Shown one piece after another: positions 1-6,194 of a stretch of DNA of 7,774 bases. The notes beneath the pieces were generated by a model. The model made no database searches. It saw only the letters and a list, made by a program, of their open reading frames with translations, and had not been told where the DNA came from. Within the stretch, counting starts at the first letter, position 1; every line of letters begins with the position of its first letter. The translations under genes were made by a program, and so were the position numbers. This stretch comes from Caedibacter taeniospiralis (lineage in GTDB: Bacteria > Pseudomonadota > Gammaproteobacteria > Francisellales > Francisellaceae). Location of the stretch: positions 111,827 to 119,600 of the forward strand of contig NZ_PGGB02000001.1 in NCBI RefSeq assembly GCF_002803295.2. The letters are read 5' to 3'.

Positions 1-895
1 TATGAGAAATATTGTTCTTCAAAATATATTTGTGCAAACACTGAGAATCTGATCTTTTAAAATCAGGGATAATGTAGAGTCCAGCTCCACAACTTAAAGT
101 ACTAAAAATTTCCCATACCGAAGCATCAAATGAAATAGATGAAAATTGAAGGATTTTCGATTTGTAGTCGATAACCAGTTTTTCCTGTTCCGTGATGACC
201 AAATTGATTATGCTATGGTTCTCGATACATACTCCTTTAGGCTGTCCTGTGGTCCCAGAAGTATAAATCACATAAGCCAGATGATTTGCTGTAATTTGAG
301 GTAGTAGATTATCAGTGGGCAAGTCCTGATAACAGTTATCATTCAATGCAATCAGTTGAGCATTAGTAAGCATCTGCAGCTTTGATATATAGTGCGACTG
401 CGTCAGTAAACACGCAGCTTTGGTATCCTCAAGGATATATTTGATTCTTTCATCAGGATAACCTGGATCAATCGGCACATAAGCCGCTCCTGATTTGAGA
501 ATCCCTAAAATACCAATAATCATCTCGAGACTCTTATCCAGGCATAAGGCAATGAAGCTATCGGGTTTACTATGAGTAAGTAACGGTTCAGAGTTAAATT
601 GAGCTTCCTGGATTGCCGCCTTCGCGGCAATGACAAGTCTGTCACTCCCGCGAAGGCGGGAGTCTAGTTTAAAGGTGCAATTTAATCCTGATGTCTCACC
701 AAGTGATTGTAAGTACCTTGCTAACTGGTTGGCTTTGGCATTTAATTCAGCATAGGTAAGTTGATCTTTTTCAAAAACAACAGCGACATTATCTGGTGTC
801 TTGGCAACCTGCTCTTCAAATAACTGATGAATCGTTTTGTCTTTGGGATAAGGTTTGTCGGTGTTGTTCCAGTCGCAGAGTAGTTTTTTTTTTGA
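1..895 (-). CDS. NRPS adenylation (A) domain, partial at left edge, in a different frame from the condensation domain (same gene, frameshifted)
   Basis: Manual translation of the minus strand from 895 to 1 has no stop: ...LLCDWNNTDKPYPKDKTIHQLFEEQVAKTPDNVAVVFEKDQLTYAELNAKANQLARYLQSLG...KPDSFIALCLDKSLEMIIGILGILKSGAAYVPIDPGYPDERIKYIL...LAYVIYTSGTTGQPKGVCIENHSIINLV...FDASVWEIFSTLSCGAGLYII. This includes motif A1 (LTYAELN), A2 (LKSGAAYVPID) and A3 (YTSGTTGQPKG, 233-265). Confidence 0.92.
594..685. repeat. Composite palindromic repeat element (two opposed hairpins plus outer 8-bp inverted repeat) inserted in frame in the NRPS adenylation domain
   Basis: Hairpin 1: ATTGCCGC-CTTC-GCGGCAAT (612-631). 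Hairpin 2: ACTCCCGC-GAAG-GCGGGAGT (644-663). Outer inverted repeat: TTAAATTG (594-601) with CAATTTAA (678-685). The arms also match more broadly: TGGATTGCCGCCTTCGCGGCAATGACA against the reverse complement of TGTCACTCCCGCGAAGGCGGGAGTCTA. Confidence 0.85.
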
Positions 896-2136
896 TCAAT
901 AGACATTAACTCATATTCAGATAATTTTTTATTTGTATTTGTTATAACTTCATTGATCAGAAACTTAAAATATTCAATAAAATAACTCGGAATATAATTT
1001 GTGTTATAGGCGATTTCATAAATCATTTTAACTTTGTCATAGACAAGAGATAACTCCACTGCTATGCCGCCATAAAAGAAACGGTTGCTTTCTGATTTAA
1101 CATTAACCAGTTGCATATCTGGAGATACCAGGTGGGTTTCTACAACGGAAGCGTTTGGCATAAAATCGACCTCTAAAGAGGATTTAAGGTGCTCAAATGG
1201 GATGCTTTGATACGGTTTGCTTGATTGATATTGATCTCTTGTGTGATCAAGCAGTTGAGTAAAGGTCATATTTGCTGATAACTTAACCCGCAGCGGAAAC
1301 ATACTGACAAAATAACCGACGATGTTACTAAATTCACTCGGGCGTATGTTTTTTGGATAAGACAACATAATGTCTGTCAGGTGAAAGCATCTATAGACAA
1401 AGGTACTGATTAAGGCATTAAAAAAAATAAACGGCGTTGTTTTGTGTGCCTTTAAAAACCTGCTTAAGGCTTTGGGATCAATATCAATACGTTGGCGTTC
1501 AACTTTAGCCGCAGCATCCTCAGTATATTTAGCCAAATCATTTTGCTGAGCGCCTTGAAGATAGATCTTCCAGTAATCGATGGTTTCCTGCTTTTTTTCA
1601 GCGATGATTTTTTCTTCATACTGTAAATAGTCTGCTAATGGATACGTTTTAAATTGTTGTATTGCTTCTAGACCTTCGTTATAAAGCTTTTCAAAAACCC
1701 TACTGAAAATGTCCGTGGTGAGTCCATCTGTAACAATATGATGCCAGACAAACTGAAAATAATGCGTCTGATCGTCTACGGTGATGAGCATGGCTCGAAA
1801 TAGACAATCTTTTTCCAGATCAAATGGTTTGGCTCTTAGCTTCTCAAGTATTTTAAGAACTTGTTCTTTTGTTGTGTTATTAAGTACTTGCTCAATAAAC
1901 TCACCGTCAAAATCATCCAGGATGATTTGACTTGCATCCCCTTCTGTTTCAACAAGCTGTGTTCTAAAAGCTTCGAAATGATTACCAATCGTTTGATATA
2001 TTAATCTGAATTTTTCTTTATCGAGGTTGCCATGGGCTTGATATGACACTGCAACATTATAGTTATCGCCTTTTGGATTGAGCTGATAGGCATACCATAA
2101 CTCTTGCTGCTGTTTTGTTAATCTAAAGTGCGTCAT
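742..2136 (-). CDS. Nonribosomal peptide synthetase, N-terminal condensation (C) domain segment; frame closes at 742 because of a frameshift at the A10 tract (884-893)
   Basis: Translation contains the condensation signature HHIVTDG (HHxxxDG), 'IVGYFVSMFPLRVKL' (C5-like) and 'YQSIPFEHL' (C6-like), and an N-terminus 'FRLTKQQQELWYAYQLNPKGDNYNV' typical of C domains. The likely start is ATG at 2136 (MTHFRLTKQQ...) preceded by GGGG ~6 nt upstream. The extension to 2211 in the ORF track has no C-domain-like content. Confidence 0.88.
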   Translation of the reverse strand: MTHFRLTKQQQELWYAYQLNPKGDNYNVAVSYQAHGNLDKEKFRLIYQTIGNHFEAFRTQLVETEGDASQIILDDFDGEFIEQVLNNTTKEQVLKILEKLRAKPFDLEKDCLFRAMLITVDDQTHYFQFVWHHIVTDGLTTDIFSRVFEKLYNEGLEAIQQFKTYPLADYLQYEEKIIAEKKQETIDYWKIYLQGAQQNDLAKYTEDAAAKVERQRIDIDPKALSRFLKAHKTTPFIFFNALISTFVYRCFHLTDIMLSYPKNIRPSEFSNIVGYFVSMFPLRVKLSANMTFTQLLDHTRDQYQSSKPYQSIPFEHLKSSLEVDFMPNASVVETHLVSPDMQLVNVKSESNRFFYGGIAVELSLVYDKVKMIYEIAYNTNYIPSYFIEYFKFLINEVITNTNKKLSEYELMSIDQKKNYSATGTTPTNLIPKTKRFISYLKSRLPRHQIMSLLFLKKINLPMLN

Positions 2137-2240
2137 TTTTACCCCATAAAATACTATCACTGCTACGCATTCAAGCGCAACGACCCCAAGTTCGGAGAAA
2201 TAGTAAAGCAAAAGAGTCGTTAAACCTAGTAAATAAAGGT

Positions 2241-4133
2241 TTATTGAGAACGCATTACAAAGTCATTTTTTGGATAGTGGTTAGTTCTGACAGCATGAAG
2301 TTGCTGATTGATCACGTGAAAATAAACATCCTGCGTCGCAAGCTTTACTTGTGCAAGCTTAACCGTGATGCTGTCATCAAGTTCAATAGACGCTACCAGG
2401 GTGAGCTTTTTGATCAATGACAAAGCAGGGATGAAGACGGTTACGCGATTATTCTGCTGCTTTTCAATCACGATGGCATTTCCTTGCCATTCTGGGTTCT
2501 GCAGCAGATAGACACATTTCCAGTGGTTGTTACTAAAGCTTTCTGCTTGTCGTGCGGCTTTGATACCTGATTCGCTTTCGCCAATACGTGTTAGAATTTC
2601 CTCTCCTGAGAGTAAGACCTCGTTTTTTAGGAATCTGCGAAGCTGCTGATGCACAACCAGGTCCAGATAACGTCTTAATGGGCTTGTTGCCTGCACATAA
2701 GCCGTTAAACCCATGCCTGCATGTTTATCTGATTGACTCTTATATTGTCCTTTTTGCAGACGTCTTCTTATGCCAAACATCTCCGAGAGTAAGGTTGGGG
2801 AAAGCTCATCCTCCGTTAAATCATGATCGGGCTGAGTTGAGAAGGGTAAAGGGATGTTGTGCTTATCGGCAAAGGTTGCCACGGCAACTCCCGCCATGAG
2901 CATCGCATCGCGCACAAGGTGACGGCTGCGTAAAGTTTCCAGTGCAATAAGTTCAACTTTTTTATCTTTTAATTTGATTTTTACCTCTGGAAATTGCAGC
3001 TCCACGGCGCCCTGTTGTTTGCGATAAGCACTAAACTCATCCGCAAGTCTCGCAAAATAACTAAATGGTTGTTCATTCAGTCTATTTTCAGCTTCCTTGT
3101 AGCTTAAACGTGTCACTTTAATGGTTGATAACGCAATTTCCACGTCTTCTACTTGCCCCTCAATCAACCTAAAACCAATAGAAAGTGCGGGGGAGCTTTC
3201 GTGTAGTCCCAAGGCTAAATCATGGGTTATTTGATGCGGCAGCATGGGAGAAACCCCTTCGGGTAAGTACAAGTTACTCCCTCTAACCCTGGCTTCTTTA
3301 TCCATCTCGCTTTCAGGGGTAACCACGCAGGCGGGATCCGCAACATGTACCCATAGCTTTTGTGTCTGTTCATCAAAACTCAAGGCATCATCAGGATCGT
3401 GACTGTCTTCATCATCAATGGCGAAGCTTGCTAAATGAGTTAAATCAAGTCGCGTTTCTTTGGGCGTTTCAGGCACAGCAAATTGAGGTGCATGAAGGCT
3501 TACTCCCAAACGCTGTGGGTATGGATTTCTAAACTCATCCCAAAATCCTATGTCCAATAACAGCATATGGGCGTTAGGAAGGTTTTCTTCTTTATCTAAG
3601 AATTTAAAAAATCGACAGCTGGAAGACTGACCAAGCGCATAAGACTCAAGCTCTTTGATAAACGGTTCATCCGCTTGTGCATAGGTTTTTTGCCTGACAC
3701 GTTGAATAAAGTCTTCTAAGGCTTGTGCTTTTTGTTGTTTCTCTCGTGCTTGAGCTTCAATGTCTTCTACTGTTTTAGGATCATTCACGCCAATGTTGCC
3801 ATCTTCGGCATAAAAATGCAGCGCTTTTTGTACATGTTGCCATGTGGCATAAGCAGTGACACAGTTATATTCCCCATAAATAAGCTCGCTTAGCTCGTCA
3901 TAATCTGTTTTTGTGCCCTGCAATAAATTCCATGCTTCGAGAAACTCACCCTCACCTAAATTGGATGAAAGCATCTTAAAATTTTTAAAGCCACCTTCAT
4001 GGAGTAGCAACAAGTTTTTCTCTGGCAATTTAACCGTTTTTTCATCTTCTAACTCTATTTCAACTTTCTTATCAACAAAGCCAATCACCCTCGCGGGGCG
4101 ACCTTTAAAAATCACTAAACTATCTACTTGCAT
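2241..4133 (-). CDS. RNase II/RNase R (VacB)-family 3'-5' exoribonuclease, RNB domain
   Basis: The 630-aa ORF has the RNB catalytic motif 'FAIDDEDSHDPDDALSF' with Asp spacing as in RNase II (D-x5-D-x-D-D) and the RNB C-terminal motif 'YVQATSPLRRYLDLVVHQQLRRF'. The N-terminus (VDSLVIFKGRPARVIGFVDKKVEIELEDEKTVKLP) looks like a small SH3/OB-like beta domain. Confidence 0.88.
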   Translation of the reverse strand: MQVDSLVIFKGRPARVIGFVDKKVEIELEDEKTVKLPEKNLLLLHEGGFKNFKMLSSNLGEGEFLEAWNLLQGTKTDYDELSELIYGEYNCVTAYATWQHVQKALHFYAEDGNIGVNDPKTVEDIEAQAREKQQKAQALEDFIQRVRQKTYAQADEPFIKELESYALGQSSSCRFFKFLDKEENLPNAHMLLLDIGFWDEFRNPYPQRLGVSLHAPQFAVPETPKETRLDLTHLASFAIDDEDSHDPDDALSFDEQTQKLWVHVADPACVVTPESEMDKEARVRGSNLYLPEGVSPMLPHQITHDLALGLHESSPALSIGFRLIEGQVEDVEIALSTIKVTRLSYKEAENRLNEQPFSYFARLADEFSAYRKQQGAVELQFPEVKIKLKDKKVELIALETLRSRHLVRDAMLMAGVAVATFADKHNIPLPFSTQPDHDLTEDELSPTLLSEMFGIRRRLQKGQYKSQSDKHAGMGLTAYVQATSPLRRYLDLVVHQQLRRFLKNEVLLSGEEILTRIGESESGIKAARQAESFSNNHWKCVYLLQNPEWQGNAIVIEKQQNNRVTVFIPALSLIKKLTLVASIELDDSITVKLAQVKLATQDVYFHVINQQLHAVRTNHYPKNDFVMRSQ

Positions 4134-4256
4134 TCTTGCCGTTAAAATACTACTTGCTCGTTGTCGCTATGGTACCAAAAAAGCGCATCAACAGGGATGA
4201 TTGTTACCACTTTTTTTCGTACACTCTTGAATCTGTCATTTTCAGGATGCCTAATC

Positions 4257-5030
4257 ATGTTACCTTTACAACACAAACCCGTCGTGCTTATCACTGGCGC
4301 AAGCTCAGGCTTTGGTGCGGAAATGGCAAAAAAATACAATGCCAACGGTCACCCTGTGATCCTCACCGCGCGCAGAGCTGAAAAACTCACGACACTTTCG
4401 CAAATGCTTAACTCTCACTTTCCAATCCATATTGCTCAATTAGATGTCACAAACAAAACTGCCATTGATCAGTTCATCACCCAGCTGCCAGAGGAGATGA
4501 AAAAAATCGCTATTTTAGTCAATAATGCGGGTCTTGCTCTAGGTTTAGCAAGCTTTCAGGATGCCGATGAGCATGATTTTGAAACGATGATCAATACCAA
4601 TATTAATGGCTTGATCTATATGACTAAGCGCATACTGCCACTGATGCTTGAAAATCAAGCGGGTCATATCGTGAACATTGGCTCGGTTGCTGCCAACTGG
4701 CCTTATCCTGGAGGGCATGTTTATTGCGCAAGTAAAGCCTTTGTGCAACAGTTTTCGCGCGCGCTACGTTCTGATTTACATGGCAAAAATATTCGCGTGA
4801 CTGAGATTGAGCCAGGACTCGCGCAAACGGAGTTTTCCGTGGTGCGTTTTAAAGGGGACGCACAAAAAGCCGATCAAGTTTATCAAGGAACATCGCCACT
4901 GTTAGCCCATGATATTGCCGAAATTGTGTATTTTACAACAGCACTTCCGCCACACATCAACATTAATACTTTAGAGGTTATGCCAACTTGCCAAAGTTGG
5001 GCAGCGCTTAATATTGCAAGAACACAATAG
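4257..5030 (+). CDS. ydfG: Short-chain dehydrogenase/reductase, YdfG-like (NADP-dependent 3-hydroxy acid/serine dehydrogenase family)
   Basis: Cofactor motif 'VVLITGASSGFGAEMAKKY', 'NNAGLALG', catalytic YCASK, and 'HGKNIRVTEIEPGLAQTEFSVVRFKGDAQKA' and 'LPPHININTLEVMPTCQSWAALN', which closely resemble the E. coli YdfG sequence as I recall it. Start placed at ATG 4257, with AGGA ~9 nt upstream, rather than at 4161 as in the ORF track. Confidence 0.88.
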   Translation: MLPLQHKPVVLITGASSGFGAEMAKKYNANGHPVILTARRAEKLTTLSQMLNSHFPIHIAQLDVTNKTAIDQFITQLPEEMKKIAILVNNAGLALGLASFQDADEHDFETMINTNINGLIYMTKRILPLMLENQAGHIVNIGSVAANWPYPGGHVYCASKAFVQQFSRALRSDLHGKNIRVTEIEPGLAQTEFSVVRFKGDAQKADQVYQGTSPLLAHDIAEIVYFTTALPPHININTLEVMPTCQSWAALNIARTQ

Positions 5031-5054
5031 TGCCAAATTACTGGAGAGAAACTT

Positions 5055-5939
5055 ATGTGGAGGGTTTTATCACTCATCGTTGCACAAATGGTGACAGGCA
5101 TTAATATCACAGGCTCTAAATTTTTAGTGACCCAAATGCCGATTATCGCCCTACTGGAAATACGTTTTATCGTTGGCAGCCTGGTTCTCTTTGTGTGCAT
5201 TCCCTTTATGCAGGGTAAAAATTCTAATGAGGTGAAAATATCATCGCTCAAGCGCCGTGATTGGTTAATTCTGGGTGTACAAGCCTTGTGTGCAGGCATG
5301 TTTTTCAATCTCTTAATGCTCTCAGGAATTCAGCTCACCAGCGCCAGCATGGCGGGGCTCATCGCAAGTACTCTGCCTGCGATCATTATTATTTTATCGT
5401 TCTTTATCTTCAAACAGCGTATTACTCGTTTTAAGGCATTGTGTATCATATTTGCCACCATTGGGCTGATTGCGATTAATGGTGCCAGCATCTCTGGCAC
5501 AGGCTTCTCAGCCTTATCTATCATTGGAGATGCCATTATTCTCTTAGCAATGATCCCTGAAGCGCTTTATTATGTGATTAGCAAATTCAAAAACAGCCAG
5601 TTATCTGCGGTAAAATCAGCATTTCTGATGAACTTTATCAATGCGATCGCGATGACGCCACTGCTGTTTTTTGCCAACTGGCATGCGTTATTCACCTTAA
5701 CTACTCATGCCTATTTTATCCTATTCTTAGTATCCATTTCTTCAGCACTATTTTATCTTTTCTGGTTCTTGGGTTGCAACCAGGTTAGCGCTGGTACCGC
5801 AGGGTTAGTAACGGCTGCCATGCCGATCTCAACCTTACTTCTTTCGTTTCTCTTCTTAGGTGAGCACATTACTCCAGTTCAAGGCATTGGCACTTTGCTT
5901 ATATTACTTTCGATTGCTTTTGGGGCAAGGAAATCGTAA
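5055..5939 (+). CDS. EamA/DMT-superfamily (drug/metabolite) transporter, ~10 TM
   Basis: 294 aa and very hydrophobic, with two repeated EamA-like halves ('GVQALCAGMFFNLLMLSGIQLTSASMAGLIASTLPAIIIILSFFIFKQRI' and 'LGCNQVSAGTAGLVTAAMPISTLLLSFLFLGEHITPVQGIGTLLILLSI'). GGAGA Shine-Dalgarno at 5043-5047. Starts 24 nt after the ydfG-like stop, so probably co-transcribed. Confidence 0.88.
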   Translation: MWRVLSLIVAQMVTGINITGSKFLVTQMPIIALLEIRFIVGSLVLFVCIPFMQGKNSNEVKISSLKRRDWLILGVQALCAGMFFNLLMLSGIQLTSASMAGLIASTLPAIIIILSFFIFKQRITRFKALCIIFATIGLIAINGASISGTGFSALSIIGDAIILLAMIPEALYYVISKFKNSQLSAVKSAFLMNFINAIAMTPLLFFANWHALFTLTTHAYFILFLVSISSALFYLFWFLGCNQVSAGTAGLVTAAMPISTLLLSFLFLGEHITPVQGIGTLLILLSIAFGARKS

Positions 5940-6009
5940 TTAAACACAAATATACAAGCCATTACCAGTATTAAAACAACTAACTTTCGCAGTTCTGCTA
6001 CTACTCTCG

Positions 6010-6031
6010 TTCCCACGCGGGAGCGTGGGAA
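6010..6031. repeat. Perfect 9-bp-stem palindrome, REP-like intergenic element
   Basis: TTCCCACGC-GGGA-GCGTGGGAA (6010-6031), in the context CTCGTTCCCACGC...GCGTGGGAAGCAG, similar to short dispersed palindromes seen in many gammaproteobacterial genomes. No U-tract follows, so a repeat is favoured over an intrinsic terminator. Confidence 0.65.
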
Positions 6032-6194
6032 GCAGCTGCCGCCTTCGTAAAAATGGGCGGAAAGTAGCCCTGACCCCGTCACCCCTTCTTCCAATCACAT
6101 ACCACGAAAAATTATAAGGCGTGTAAATACTCTGGTAATTCCCACTCAGGATCGCTACCATGTCCCAAAGTTTCTATTTTGCATAAAATCAGCC

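Noticed and set aside
594-685. Palindrome cluster considered as a CRISPR fragment or intrinsic terminator
   Set aside because: There are only two units, in opposite orientation, with no regular spacers. It lies inside an open coding frame and has no adjacent T-tract.
2137-2211. N-terminal extension MLYYFSELGVVALECVAVIVFYGVK of the NRPS ORF
   Set aside because: It does not resemble a condensation domain. ATG at 2136 has a better Shine-Dalgarno (GGGG) and begins right at the conserved N-terminus.
2221-2243. TAAACCT...AGGTTTA inverted repeat (7-bp stem, 9-nt loop) at the RNase stop codon, considered as a terminator
   Set aside because: AT-rich, short stem overlapping the stop codon and no clean U-tract, so it is compatible with chance.
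2588-2899. Small plus-strand ORF (103 aa) antisense to the RNase gene
   Set aside because: Lies fully inside a well-supported RNB coding frame and has low-complexity, non-family-like translation. The same applies to 3913-4200 (+).
4161-4256. Upstream extension of the SDR ORF (MSLWYQKSASTG...)
   Set aside because: No similarity to the SDR family. ATG 4257 with AGGA upstream immediately precedes the conserved VVLITGASSG, and the upstream stretch lies in the divergent intergenic region.
4134-4256. Divergent promoter region between the RNase and YdfG-like genes
   Set aside because: Promoters must lie near here, but no -35/-10 pair with acceptable spacing was convincing by eye, so no specific promoter is called.
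4545-4748. Minus-strand ORFs 4545-4748, 4883-5308 and 5330-5536
   Set aside because: Antisense shadows of the SDR and EamA genes, with no recognisable motifs.
5879-6161. Minus-strand ORFs 5879-6094 and 5940-6161
   Set aside because: They cross the EamA 3' end and the palindromic intergenic repeat. The translations reflect repeat sequence and have no recognisable domain.
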